Counted from the stretch's first letter, positions 28,545 to 38,882 are shown. The stretch is DNA of 59,413 bases from a virus (IMGVR_UViG_3300009034_000039:1-59413), one strand, 5' to 3'. Notes: generated by a model from the sequence alone, not told the origin. Made by a program: numbers and translations.

Positions 28545-28940
28545 GCTTCATAGTACTCTTCAATGCGTCTATGGAGACTTTGAGCCACAAGGGCTACACG
28601 AAGCTTAAGTGATGCGGCAATGCAGCGTACAAGACCAAGCCGTATAGTTTAATGAATATATACATCCTGAGAAACTGGCCGGAGTCGTGACCGGTTATGG
28701 CTCAGGCGGGATGGGAAGACAGAGGGAAATCAGAATACCTTTGTGTGTATGACGCCCTATCCTGATTAAAATATAATGGATCGTCAGGATGTTGCTGGGA
28801 TGATAACATTCCTGGTTAATGATTAACACTTAACTTAACCTAATTAGGTGTTAATTGGCGTGGGGATCTTTGGTCTCCTTTGGCAAAGAGACGGGATGCA
28901 CTACATACTTCACGTAGCCAAGTATGTTTGGTGGCATCCA
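28545..28940 (+). ncRNA. Candidate structured non-coding RNA 2, unknown class
   Basis: TATA at 28504-28515; long helices 28546-53/28569-76, 28612-18/28639-45, 28666-71/28701-06, 28707-15/28755-64, 28784-94/28804-15, 28822-33/28844-55, 28894-910/28920-39. Confidence 0.7.
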
Positions 28941-29004
28941 TCAATATGAACTAGAAAGCTTTAATAGTTCTAGAGACATTCATAGATTATACGGAGGTGA
29001 AACT

Positions 29005-29559
29005 ATGGAATTAGAGAGATTTAAGGAAACTCTGCTTGAGTTCCTCAGTGATGTGACTACAATATCAGAGAAGGCAAAGACAACATTCATACATGATGAT
29101 GGCTCCTGGGTACCTAATCAGGCGCCTAATGATTATGTAGTTCTGACTGACTTCTTATTGGTTAAAGTACAAACATCTACTAAGATACCGGATAGACCAA
29201 TTCCTACTAGAGGAAAAGATGAAGAGACGACTCCAACAAATGAAGTACAAGGAGGAGAGATATATCATTGTATAGTTAAATTTGCATTCTTTACGGAGAA
29301 GAATGTTTACTATATAAGTGCAACATGGCTAAACAACACTGCTCAGTATTTAGGTGCTATGTGTAATAGCCGTACCTCTAGGCCTGGAGAGAATTGGGTA
29401 AGAGGTCATGACTTACCAGACGGCTACTTCTGTCGCGAGACATGGGAAAGGATTAAAAATCGCTTTGTAAAAGGCGAGATGAAAGCCTTGTCTAAATACA
29501 TCACTAGCGGTCGGTATATGTATCCTCAAGCAGACATAGAGAAAGAAGTATGCGGATAA
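29005..29559 (+). CDS. Conserved hypothetical viral protein
   Basis: TATA at 28955-28966 and GGAGGTG SD place the start at 29005; YLG...RPGENWxRGxDLPDG motif. Confidence 0.65.
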   Translation: MELERFKETLLEFLSDVTTISEKAKTTFIHDDGSWVPNQAPNDYVVLTDFLLVKVQTSTKIPDRPIPTRGKDEETTPTNEVQGGEIYHCIVKFAFFTEKNVYYISATWLNNTAQYLGAMCNSRTSRPGENWVRGHDLPDGYFCRETWERIKNRFVKGEMKALSKYITSGRYMYPQADIEKEVCG

Positions 29560-29579
29560 TATAAGAATAGACCAAATTT

Positions 29580-29607
29580 GGACTAATGATAGTCCATACC
29601 TCTTTTT
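29580..29607 (+). terminator. Hairpin plus T-tract
   Basis: GGACTA-ATGA-TAGTCC followed by TCTTTTT. Confidence 0.45.
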
Positions 29608-29699
29608 ATATAGATTTAATGTAGTATGCCATAAAATAGGTAACTACTTTAAAGCTTGTAAAAGAAAGATTTAAATAACAAGGAGTACTTATCTTAATC

Positions 29700-29957
29700 G
29701 TGTTGAAATTGCCTGAAAGATTAGATATTAATCCAGATGTGGATCATCCAGATAACGATCCACCAACTCTATCTTGGTATGAAGCGGTTACACCAAAGAC
29801 ATGTAAAATTTGTAATGGGTCTTTAGGACTTATAGAGCATTATGATCATGATGGCGGATGGTTAGTTGACGGCTTTGAAAAGAAGCAGTGGCTTTACCGT
29901 ACCTGTTTTAAGTGTGGATATCAGTGGGCTATTTGGAAGCTGGGCGTTCCGAGGTAA
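29700..29957 (+). CDS. Zn-ribbon protein
   Basis: CKIC...CFKCG; TATA at 29665-29677. Confidence 0.6.
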   Translation: MLKLPERLDINPDVDHPDNDPPTLSWYEAVTPKTCKICNGSLGLIEHYDHDGGWLVDGFEKKQWLYRTCFKCGYQWAIWKLGVPR

Positions 29958-29999
29958 GGTTTAAATAATACCGGGTACCTAAGATAAATAGGTGTTAAA

Positions 30000-30248
30000 T
30001 TGAAAGTAATTTGCAGCTCTTGTAACGTTTTAATGCAACTGGATAAGATAGGTCTAGTACTCTATAATCTTACAGTTGATGATTGTGTTGCATTCATTAT
30101 TAAAGCTGATCAATATAAATGTCTATGTTGTAACTCTTCAGTTATAACTGATATGGGTATACCATTCTACTTTCCACACTCTTTATCAATGGAAGAGTTT
30201 AAAGAGAAATTTAAGAAGAACTTATGTTTAAACTATAGTTGGTTGTAA
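30000..30248 (+). CDS. Zn-ribbon protein
   Basis: CSSC...ADQYKCLCC; TATA at 29956-29967. Confidence 0.55.
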   Translation: MKVICSSCNVLMQLDKIGLVLYNLTVDDCVAFIIKADQYKCLCCNSSVITDMGIPFYFPHSLSMEEFKEKFKKNLCLNYSWL

Positions 30249-30545
30249 AATGGGTTATACAAATATAACTGAAACAATGAGGCTTAACCGCTATAACCTG
30301 AAGAGGCTAACGGAGGAAGAACTAGATCATCTACAGAATTCGGAACATCTATCAGCAAAGTTTAAATTAGCTTTATTACGCTTTAGAAGTGTGAAAGTAA
30401 GATGACTAAAATAAAATGTCCTCAGACACACTGTAAAGATAATAAAGAAGGATTCTGTCAGGCAAAAGAGATAGAATTAGAACAAGAACCCTATCACGCT
30501 CCTGAATGTATGAATATGTATTGTCCTTGGAAGAAAGATTAAAAC

Positions 30546-32120
30546 ATGTTCAGAATAAGAGGAACAGATAGACGTAAAGAGTTCGTAAAGGGTACTCTAG
30601 TAGAAGCTCAACAGATCCGAGGTAAGAAGGTAGAGTACTTTAGTCCGGAGACAGGTTTTATCTTACTTAAAAGGATAATGCCTATTAACTATACTAAGAA
30701 AGTCATACAGAGAGCTAGATCAGCAGCTAAGCTTAGTTTAGAGACTCCTCTCTCATTAAGAGAGTTCTATTATACTTTGAGAGTTACACCAGATCTAGTT
30801 AAAGCTTTCGATACTGGTAATCCAGACGCTATCTATCCTATGGTATTGAGAGCTATATGTGACGTTGAGATCTTATGTGATATAGGCCGAGAGTACTTTA
30901 CAGTGGGAAACCTTAGTAAAGGCTTTATCTACTATTACCACTCTGAGAAGTTTAGTGACAAGGACAGAATGATTGCATTCACTGAGAACATAGCTAGATC
31001 AGCTCTAGCTGACGAAGAACTAGAAGCATGTGAAAACATTATAGTAATCGAGAAGAACGCTGCAGCTACTAGGTTAGTTGATCTAGGTATGTCAGAGCTA
31101 ACTAACAGCGTTATAGTGACAGTTGGTGGAAACTTTAACCGAGCAATATGGGCTCTAACTGACAGGTTTAAAGACTCTAAGAATATCATATACTTTTGTG
31201 ACGCTGATGCCTACGGTGTAGACATGCTTAGGACTATAGCTGTAGGGACTAAGAATAGTAGACATTTAACATTTAAGTTTCCTCCAGCAAAGAACCCTAA
31301 CATATACTTAGCTGGTCTATATCCGTCTGTCGGTGAGAGTTTAGGACTACCTAACGACGTCCAGCAGAAGAGGCCTTTAGCTAACCCATTCGTACAGAGA
31401 AGGATTAACTTCTTACGTAGCCACGGGCTACTAAACCAACAGGATTACGATACATGGATGAGAGATAAGACCTACGAGCTAGAGTCTCTTTCTACAGCTT
31501 ATAAGAGTAGGAAGGACGGTAAACCTATAGGCTTAGCTATTCACCTGATAGAATACATGAGGCTCTTTGAGATACCAGTTAAGCCTCCTCTTCCACCAGA
31601 TGAAGAGTTGGAAAAAGAGTTTAGGAAGAAAGCTTACGAAGAGCTTAAGAGTGAAATTGAAGAGAAGCTTCAGTATCCTAAGGTAGTATGGGATCTATAC
31701 TGGCACTTTGAACAGGCTAAGAAGGATTTAATAGAAGAGATCTTTGAAGACCTTAAACCAGAATACGATGACGCTTTAGACGAAGTGACAGCTAAAGAGA
31801 TTAAGTTCCATATCTATAAGCAGTTTGAAGAGGATCCAGAACGGGCTACATACGATCTTAAAGCGATAGCTCATAAGCTTAAAGTACAGTTTGACATTAA
31901 ACCAGAATGGAAAGCAGATGAACTTACAGAGAGAGTTGAAGGCGCACTGGCAGACTATAAAGCAGAGGTTGTCGAGTTCGTTAAAGAAGTTGTCTTTGCT
32001 CCAATACATAACGAGACTACTATCATAGACACCTACGACTTGATACTTCAGAAGCTGGGTGCGGACCCGGAGGATTGTAGGAAAGTAAGAGAAGCTCTAG
32101 AGAAGAGGTTTAAGGAATGA
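30546..32120 (+). CDS. Topoisomerase VI subunit A / Spo11-like protein with long C-terminal extension
   Basis: WHD LREFYY (catalytic Tyr), TOPRIM VIEK and DADAYG, YELESL. Confidence 0.85.
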   Translation: MFRIRGTDRRKEFVKGTLVEAQQIRGKKVEYFSPETGFILLKRIMPINYTKKVIQRARSAAKLSLETPLSLREFYYTLRVTPDLVKAFDTGNPDAIYPMVLRAICDVEILCDIGREYFTVGNLSKGFIYYYHSEKFSDKDRMIAFTENIARSALADEELEACENIIVIEKNAAATRLVDLGMSELTNSVIVTVGGNFNRAIWALTDRFKDSKNIIYFCDADAYGVDMLRTIAVGTKNSRHLTFKFPPAKNPNIYLAGLYPSVGESLGLPNDVQQKRPLANPFVQRRINFLRSHGLLNQQDYDTWMRDKTYELESLSTAYKSRKDGKPIGLAIHLIEYMRLFEIPVKPPLPPDEELEKEFRKKAYEELKSEIEEKLQYPKVVWDLYWHFEQAKKDLIEEIFEDLKPEYDDALDEVTAKEIKFHIYKQFEEDPERATYDLKAIAHKLKVQFDIKPEWKADELTERVEGALADYKAEVVEFVKEVVFAPIHNETTIIDTYDLILQKLGADPEDCRKVREALEKRFKE

Positions 32121-32320
32121 AAAGAACAGCAAAATGTGATTTGTGTGATTTTGAAATAACAAAAAATGGACATTGGCAAACTCGTAATGCCATTCATAAT
32201 CACATCAGAACAGTGCATCCGAAAGAATGGGCAAAACATTTTGAATATAATAAAAAGATAAGACACCAAATAACAAAGTTAAGACAAAAAATACAACTAC
32301 TTTGGAAGTTTATAGATTGA
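32117..32320 (+). CDS. C2H2 Zn-finger protein
   Basis: CDLC...HIRTVHP. Confidence 0.6.
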   Translation: MKRTAKCDLCDFEITKNGHWQTRNAIHNHIRTVHPKEWAKHFEYNKKIRHQITKLRQKIQLLWKFID

Positions 32321-32453
32321 CTCATCGAGAACTAGAAGTTTATCTTGGTAGAGGCCTTTCGAATAGAGTTTATCGCAAGATTACTGATGAACGGATAACT
32401 GTTTGGATAGACGACATTAAAGTGTACGATTCAGAAGACTTGGAGGATTAAAG

Positions 32454-32669
32454 ATTACACAAAATAATGAGAAAGAGAAACTTAAAGAGTTAATGTTAAG
32501 TAACTTTGGTCAGATAGTAGATAAAGAAGAAATTATGAAGATCTTTAAAGAAGAACTTAAGAAAGAAGCTAAGCGAATTATAAAGACTTACTTTGAACAG
32601 ATTGTTCCAGATGAAGCTAAGATGTCTGACTTAATAAGAGATGTTATAATTAGGATGGTAAAGAAATGA
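32454..32669 (+). CDS. Hypothetical helical protein (ATT or downstream ATG start)
   Basis: Open frame ending in an ATGA overlap with 32666; GGAGG at 32442-32446. Confidence 0.45.
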   Translation: MTQNNEKEKLKELMLSNFGQIVDKEEIMKIFKEELKKEAKRIIKTYFEQIVPDEAKMSDLIRDVIIRMVKK

Positions 32670-33016
32670 AACTTAAGATTTATAATTATGGGGAAACTAC
32701 TTATGGTATTAAAGAGTTTGGAGCAAAAGATAGAATTGAGAGAGTAGATGTTACTTACTTTGCTAGAATTAGATCTAGAAATGCAATGCTTCAAAGACTT
32801 TTAAAACTTCCTAATATGGATACTTCTTCGGTTAATTGGATTAGACAGAGAATTTCTCAAGGAGAAGGTGGAATGGAAAAGATTGTAACCGACGATTCAA
32901 TCTATGTAATAACTGATCATGATAAAATTATTGGTAAATTCACTTTAGATAATCAGTGGATTCCTTTTGATCCACCATTGAAACCATATAGACCTTGGTT
33001 GGATGAATATAAATGA
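32666..33016 (+). CDS. Hypothetical protein
   Basis: 116-aa ORF in operon context. Confidence 0.6.
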   Translation: MKLKIYNYGETTYGIKEFGAKDRIERVDVTYFARIRSRNAMLQRLLKLPNMDTSSVNWIRQRISQGEGGMEKIVTDDSIYVITDHDKIIGKFTLDNQWIPFDPPLKPYRPWLDEYK

Positions 33017-33166
33017 ATTATTTAGAAGTGTTCTTTCTTGGTTTCTTTGGTAGCTTTTTTGGGACTATGGTAGCTTTTATAGTCCAATACTGGCTCTATA
33101 AGAAACAAGTAGTCGCCTTTAAGAGATTAGAGAGATACGTCCAAAGAGCTGTGAGGAGATTAAAGA

Positions 33167-33460
33167 GTGGTAGGTAAGAAGTTCTGTTTGATTTGCAAAC
33201 GGGGCGATCTTAAGACCTGGGAGTCTGTATGTAATTACTGCTGGAAGAAACTTGAGGAGCATGATAAGTGCTGGATGTGCCATGGAATAGGAACAGTACC
33301 AGATAGACGTTTAAATGGAGAAGTTTCAGAAGTACTGTTATGTCCTAAATGTAACGGAACTGGATTTGTAGGTAAATGGAGAGAACAAATGATTGTACTT
33401 AATACCTTTAGGGAAGAACTCCGACGTAGTGGTATTGATCTATTCGATAGCCCTTGGTGA
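33167..33460 (+). CDS. DnaJ-type Zn-finger protein
   Basis: CWMCHGIG and CPKCNGTG repeats. Confidence 0.7.
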   Translation: MVGKKFCLICKRGDLKTWESVCNYCWKKLEEHDKCWMCHGIGTVPDRRLNGEVSEVLLCPKCNGTGFVGKWREQMIVLNTFREELRRSGIDLFDSPW

Positions 33461-33716
33461 TTGAATGACTGAAGGAACATGGGACGAGCAAGAAGATAAG
33501 TTAGTTAAGAACTTTTTAGCCGGTAAGATAAACGCTAAGATTCTACTAGAAGAGTTTACTAAAATAGACAGGAAGAGGACTGGTTATATAAAATGAGAGA
33601 AGATCCTTGTAAGACTTGTTTGATGCCGGTTTGCTGTGCAAGGTGTAGAGCATTTAGAGCTTTTCTCAAGTAATCTTTATAAAGCTTAGGAACCTAGTTC
33701 TCTTATAGGTGTTTGG

Positions 33717-34667
33717 ATGCAAGCAATTCTAACTCCTGAAGAGATAGTAAACATACACGATACTGTTCTATATCCTGTAGTTAGGGTAAGAACAAGGAAA
33801 GCAGGCGGGACTGGAGTAATCATTTACAGCAATCCTTTACCAACAGCTAAAGATATTAAGCGACCAAAACATGAAGCAGTATCTAAAGTGGTAAAATATG
33901 AGACGTATTTAGTGACATGTTGGCACGTTATTGAAGATGCTATAACATGGAAAGAGAAGTGGTCAGACATAGCTAAAAGGAATATTAAAGTTGAATCTAA
34001 GGAACAGGTTACAGTAGAAGTCTTTGAGTACGAAGAACTCTCTAGATGTATAGGCGGAACTACATACAAAGCAGACATTATGACTTGGAACAAAGAAAAG
34101 GACTTAGCAGTTCTTAAACTGAGAACAGTTAAGCGGTTTGTTGATGTAGCTAAACTATATCCTAAAGGCCAGGCAGACAAGATTAAACTCGGTGAGAGTA
34201 TGGTAGCTTGTGGTTGCTCTTTAGGTCATGAACCGCTATTTACCTTTGGTAACCTAGTAGCTAAACATGACATGATAGATAATGAGGAGTATTGGCTAAC
34301 TACAGCAAACACAGTATTCGGCAATAGTGGAGGACCAGTGTTCTTACTTAAGACTAAAGAATATCTAGGCAACTCTGCTAGGATCTCCGGTGTACGTATG
34401 GGCTTTGGCTTCGACGTTATCACATGGATGGGATTCTTCATACCTATTGACAGTATATACAACTTCTTTGATGAGAAGTTCCTACAGTTCCTATATGATC
34501 CTAATACAACTAGTAAGATATGCGATGCCAGAAGAAAGCGGAAAGAAAAAGAGGAAGAGAAGAAGCTGCTCGTGCCGGGTGGTTCTTCATCTTCTGATAA
34601 AGATGAAGCAAAGACTCCTGAAAGTACGGACTCAATAGATTGGACTGAATCAACAATTAGTAGCTAG
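33717..34667 (+). CDS. Trypsin-like (S1) serine protease
   Basis: TCWHV (His), DLAVL (Asp), GNSGGP (Ser); TATA at 33672-33683. Confidence 0.9.
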   Translation: MQAILTPEEIVNIHDTVLYPVVRVRTRKAGGTGVIIYSNPLPTAKDIKRPKHEAVSKVVKYETYLVTCWHVIEDAITWKEKWSDIAKRNIKVESKEQVTVEVFEYEELSRCIGGTTYKADIMTWNKEKDLAVLKLRTVKRFVDVAKLYPKGQADKIKLGESMVACGCSLGHEPLFTFGNLVAKHDMIDNEEYWLTTANTVFGNSGGPVFLLKTKEYLGNSARISGVRMGFGFDVITWMGFFIPIDSIYNFFDEKFLQFLYDPNTTSKICDARRKRKEKEEEKKLLVPGGSSSSDKDEAKTPESTDSIDWTESTISS

Positions 34668-34694
34668 TTTAAAACTAGCTTCTATCTTTCTCTG

Positions 34695-34964
34695 GTGCTG
34701 TGTATGAATACTGTTAAGCGTATGGCAGAGTCTAGGCGTAAGCTTAGACAAGTAGCCGATATGGCCCATGGGGTCTATCTTAGAGCTGAAACTAATAAAG
34801 GTGACTCTTGGAGAGACGTAGATCGACATATCATACTTGCTAAGATACTTCTTAAACTCGATGAACTTGTAAATAAGCAGAATATTAAATCAGTTCTTGA
34901 TACGATAAATTGGCTTGAAATGTATGGAGCTAAACTGGTGGAGAAAGAGAATGGGTCAATTTGA
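34695..34964 (+). CDS. Small helical protein, possibly MazG-like
   Basis: KGDSW...EL...DTIN pattern; acidic residues look degenerate. Confidence 0.35.
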   Translation: MLCMNTVKRMAESRRKLRQVADMAHGVYLRAETNKGDSWRDVDRHIILAKILLKLDELVNKQNIKSVLDTINWLEMYGAKLVEKENGSI

Positions 34965-35134
34965 ACAAGGTAAGATCTATCCATGTCTTAGATGCTCTAA
35001 TCTAATGGAATGGGTGTGTATGCCAACAGGTGAAATATGGACTATGGTACGTATTGAGAAAGATAAAACAACAATGCATTTTGGTCTTCTACACTGTCTT
35101 AAATGTGGGAACGCACAGATGCAGAGGTTTAAGA

Positions 35135-35452
35135 TTGAAACTAAAAAGAATTAGAATAACTCCAGAGCTTTTAGTTGCACTACTTAGAGGAAATTATAGA
35201 CACTTTACAACTGAACCTAGATTACCAAGAGATCTTAAGATTGTAGATATTACTCGGACTTTTTATCCATATCCATCAAATACTTTTGATTTAATAGTTG
35301 AAAGTGAAGAATTTGAAGAACTAAAAGAAGCTGAAACTATACCTGATATTGAACTTATTTGTCGTGATATACCAACAGTAGATGTATGGGCTATAGATCC
35401 TGATACCGAAAAGAAGATTAAGGTTGTTATTGAAGGTGCCACAGTTTATTAA
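35135..35452 (+). CDS. Hypothetical protein
   Basis: TTG after GAGG; LPRDLKIV...LIVESEEF pattern. Confidence 0.55.
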   Translation: MKLKRIRITPELLVALLRGNYRHFTTEPRLPRDLKIVDITRTFYPYPSNTFDLIVESEEFEELKEAETIPDIELICRDIPTVDVWAIDPDTEKKIKVVIEGATVY

Positions 35453-36206
35453 CAAGACAGCTCTAGATATAGAGAAGGCACTTGAGAGAGGTATTGTACA
35501 CAGAGACTATATTGCTCATTGTCTTCGTTGGAATTTTGTTCTTAAATTTGCTAAGAGAGGCATGAAGATTTTAGATGTAGGTTGCGGTAATGGTATGTTG
35601 GCCCAGGTTCTTTATTCTAATAAATATAAACCTGCTCTCTATGTTGGTATAGATATTAGATCTTCAGTAATAAAAAAGATGTTGGAGAGAAAAACTAACT
35701 TTCCAAAGATAGGTTACGTAATGGATATACGGTTTGGTATTAACCGATTAGGTGATATTGAGAGAGAAGAAGGTTTTTTTGATCTAATTACTTGTTTTGA
35801 AGTCATTGAACATTTTGAGGTTCAATATATTGAACATGTGCTCAAAGAAATGAATCGACTACTTAAACCTGGTGGTGTTCTACTTTTATCTACTCCTAAC
35901 TACGATGGAGTCCATAAAGCAAGTAATCATATTCACGAGTATCGAGAAGGAGAGTTAGAAGGGTTCTTAGGTAAATACTTTACTATCGAGCGCAAAGTAG
36001 GAACCTTTGCTAGTCAGAAGGATATCTTACCAGTTATGAGCGGAAGTGAGACATATATCTTTAATCTACTTAAGCAGTGGTTTGACTCTAACGTGTTAAG
36101 CGTTATATTTGCTAGTCTTCATCCGAGTCAGAGTCGTAACATACTATGGGTATGTCGTAAACTAGAAGGAAACTTTATTAAGAATAAGCAGCTTAGTTTA
36201 AGATGA
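35424..36206 (+). CDS. Class I SAM-dependent methyltransferase
   Basis: ILDVGCGNG, FDLITCFEVIEH, LLKPGG, STPN. Confidence 0.9.
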   Translation: MLLKVPQFINKTALDIEKALERGIVHRDYIAHCLRWNFVLKFAKRGMKILDVGCGNGMLAQVLYSNKYKPALYVGIDIRSSVIKKMLERKTNFPKIGYVMDIRFGINRLGDIEREEGFFDLITCFEVIEHFEVQYIEHVLKEMNRLLKPGGVLLLSTPNYDGVHKASNHIHEYREGELEGFLGKYFTIERKVGTFASQKDILPVMSGSETYIFNLLKQWFDSNVLSVIFASLHPSQSRNILWVCRKLEGNFIKNKQLSLR

Positions 36207-36838
36207 GAACAATGAAACAGGGTAATCTAATAGACTTTGAGCCTACTAAAGAAGAGAAATACGAGATTTATCTAAGAGAACTTAAAGACTGTCGGAACTG
36301 TACTTTAAAGGATGACGGTCAGCATTGCTGTCCAGGCTGGGGTAATCGAAATGCAGATGTTATGTTTGTAGGAGAAGCTCCAGGTGAAGTAGAGAACCCC
36401 GCTTTAAGGGGTTTAGCTTTTGTTGGTAACAGATCTAGTGATATGTTCTATAAAGCAGTTAAGGATACGTTCGGAGTTTATGGAGACATTTGGACTACGA
36501 ATATAGTTAAGTGTAATCCACCCGGTAATAGGACTCCAACTGAGATTGAAGTTAAGATATGTAGTACATTTATTCTTAAAGAGGTTCATATTGTTAAGCC
36601 AAGAATGATTGTGGCTTTAGGTCGAACAGCTATTAACTATTTTATGCCGCACATGAAAGGTAGATCTATTAGATCTATGCTTGGTTCTAGGTTTACTTGG
36701 AGAGGAATTGATTTGTATGTTTTGTACCATCCTGCTTATGCTTGCCGTAATGGACCTAAGTTTGAGAAGGTTTACCTAGGTTGGTTCAAAATACTTAAAC
36801 GGAAACTGGATGAGTTGGTATCTAATGGGAGAGAATGA
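36203..36838 (+). CDS. udg: Uracil-DNA glycosylase family 4
   Basis: CxxC, GEAPG, FVG, TNIVKCNPPGNRTP, YHPA. Confidence 0.9.
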   Translation: MRTMKQGNLIDFEPTKEEKYEIYLRELKDCRNCTLKDDGQHCCPGWGNRNADVMFVGEAPGEVENPALRGLAFVGNRSSDMFYKAVKDTFGVYGDIWTTNIVKCNPPGNRTPTEIEVKICSTFILKEVHIVKPRMIVALGRTAINYFMPHMKGRSIRSMLGSRFTWRGIDLYVLYHPAYACRNGPKFEKVYLGWFKILKRKLDELVSNGRE

Positions 36839-37085
36839 AAGAGAACGGATTAAGTTCAAGATAGTCATCTCTTATGATGAGAAGTGTAAGAAAGCGAGAG
36901 AAGAGAGTAAGAAAGCAGGAACTATACGATCTTTTATTACGATAAAAGTTACTCCTAAAGATACAAAGAAGAAAGTAGTAGAGAATGTTCTTATTTATGC
37001 TCTGAACTGGATGCTAACAGGAGATCCAGAAGCATTAGAACGTTATGTTAAAGAATTAAAGAAAATGCCGGTGGGTATAGTATGA
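36810..37085 (+). CDS. Hypothetical protein
   Basis: ORF in operon context. Confidence 0.5.
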   Translation: MSWYLMGENERERIKFKIVISYDEKCKKAREESKKAGTIRSFITIKVTPKDTKKKVVENVLIYALNWMLTGDPEALERYVKELKKMPVGIV

Positions 37086-37208
37086 GTGAAGAAGTACGAA
37101 GTTGTGAAGGTTGTCCAATAATTGGTAATTGTGAAGCATGTCAACATCATAATGTTGGTCCTAATGAACGTTGTGAATGTTGTAGTTACGTTATAAGGTG
37201 TACTTCAA

Positions 37209-37997
37209 ATGCTTAATGAAACTTGTCCGGTAATTAAAGAATTTTGTGATGGTCTAATCGTGCATCTAATTAAGAGTGGGACTTACAAAGGTGGATCTCT
37301 ATTATGGTGTGCCGATGAGCAGAGAGATCCTGTTTATATGGATTATTGTCCTAGGAAGTTACCAGAGTTGGAAGGAAGAGAAAAGATAAGAAGGATACAG
37401 CATCTTAAAGAGCTGGGTTTAAACTGTCCGGAGTATATGGTAATAAGAAAACCATCGGACACCGAACTACTAAAAAAATATCCTAGATGGAGTATTAGGA
37501 GCTTTCCTACTATAGGTTTAAAGATAAGTACTTCTGATCTTCTTCAATTAAAAGAATTTAAAGCCTTACTTGAACCTAGTATAGTACCTCCACATGCACC
37601 ATCAATAAGCACAACGCTTGCTATACCTCTTTGTAAAGCTATGCTTAAACTAGGTTATTATCCAATGCCATGTCCAGTAATAGATCCTAAAGATGCTCAG
37701 TGGGCTGGCTGCGCTATTAGAACTCCTAAAGGTGTTACATTAGAAATAGCTGTAGGTCCAGTGATGGTCCGTAAAGTTAGTAGAGATGGCGAAATAGACG
37801 TTAAATATAAGAACATAACTAAAGACAAGTTGAAACTCCTCGACAACATCTTAGTTAAAACTGCTATACTAGAGATTTTACAGAAAGTCCCTGTAGGATT
37901 TGTTTTAGAATTAAGTTGGTATAACGTGCCTGTTGGGTATCAAGATTCACATCTGATCTTCTGGGACATTATGCCGAGTAATAAGTATATGGTGTAA
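37209..37997 (+). CDS. Putative ATP-grasp-like protein
   Basis: LKELGLNCP, SIRS and LELSW...LIFWD resemble ATP-grasp elements. Confidence 0.4.
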   Translation: MLNETCPVIKEFCDGLIVHLIKSGTYKGGSLLWCADEQRDPVYMDYCPRKLPELEGREKIRRIQHLKELGLNCPEYMVIRKPSDTELLKKYPRWSIRSFPTIGLKISTSDLLQLKEFKALLEPSIVPPHAPSISTTLAIPLCKAMLKLGYYPMPCPVIDPKDAQWAGCAIRTPKGVTLEIAVGPVMVRKVSRDGEIDVKYKNITKDKLKLLDNILVKTAILEILQKVPVGFVLELSWYNVPVGYQDSHLIFWDIMPSNKYMV

Positions 37998-38000
37998 AAG

Positions 38001-38882
38001 ATGAATATAGAAGTAGGAAGTTGTTTAGAAGCGATTCAACGAGCAGCAACTCATGTAGTTGGAGTTGGTGAAGAATTTCGTAGGTCTAGTGGATCTTGGT
38101 GTATGTGCGATGCTACAATGACTAAAATGATAGAAGTACAGAATACTACTATAACTATTCAGAATCCTCTATTTAGATGGAATACTCTTTTAAGTAGAGG
38201 AACACTAGTTGAGACAGTAGACTTTCTATTAGGCCTTAATCCAGGGTTTATACCGAATGTCTGGGACTACTATGCGAAGAAGATTGCTCTTAGAGGGAAA
38301 CTACCTTATACTTACGGTGAGAGAATCTTTGGTGGAGAAATAGACCAGTGGAAGCATGTAGTTAAGTTATTGAAAGAGAATCCTACAACTAGGCATGCTA
38401 CTATTCTTATGCACCGAGTTATTGATAGAACTAGAGATTACGTACCATGTACATTCTTATGGCACTTTCAAGTAGATAAGGACAAGCGACTGAACATGAC
38501 TACGACTATGAGATCACAGGATGTCTTTAAAGGCTTACCCGGTGATCTATTTGCTTTTACATTGTTCCATGAGCAAATGGCACTAGAAACAGATTTAGAA
38601 CTTGGAGAGTATACACACTTCTGTTGTAATCTACATCTATATGAACCTGGCCATGAGAAGGCTTTAGATAAGATCTTTAAGGCTAAAGAACCATCTTCAG
38701 CTCTAGAAGCCGATCTCTTAACTGAAGAGTTGAAATATGATCTATATTGGGGTATTAGAGGTTTGACAGTTAGCGACAAAAGGCTTAAATTAAAACAACT
38801 AGAGAACTTTATTACTTCGACGAAAAGCTATTGGGAGAATTATATAAATTTAATAAATGGTGGTTATCCTGATCCTAAGTGA
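38001..38882 (+). CDS. Thymidylate synthase homolog, probably a dCMP (hydroxy)methyltransferase
   Basis: YGER, VPCT (catalytic Cys), RSQD, HLYE; Asp at the position of E. coli ThyA Asn177. Confidence 0.85.
   Translation: MNIEVGSCLEAIQRAATHVVGVGEEFRRSSGSWCMCDATMTKMIEVQNTTITIQNPLFRWNTLLSRGTLVETVDFLLGLNPGFIPNVWDYYAKKIALRGKLPYTYGERIFGGEIDQWKHVVKLLKENPTTRHATILMHRVIDRTRDYVPCTFLWHFQVDKDKRLNMTTTMRSQDVFKGLPGDLFAFTLFHEQMALETDLELGEYTHFCCNLHLYEPGHEKALDKIFKAKEPSSALEADLLTEELKYDLYWGIRGLTVSDKRLKLKQLENFITSTKSYWENYINLINGGYPDPK

Noticed and set aside
27707-28940. Identification of the RNA candidates as tRNA, SRP RNA, RNase P RNA, hammerhead or group I intron
   Set aside because: I could not find the T-loop, SRP helix 8, GAGGAAAGUCC, CUGAUGA/GAAA or P7 signatures by eye; an Rfam scan is still needed
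28924-29004. ATG 28924 as start of the 211-aa ORF
   Set aside because: It lies inside a hairpin upstream of the TATA box; the SD supports 29005
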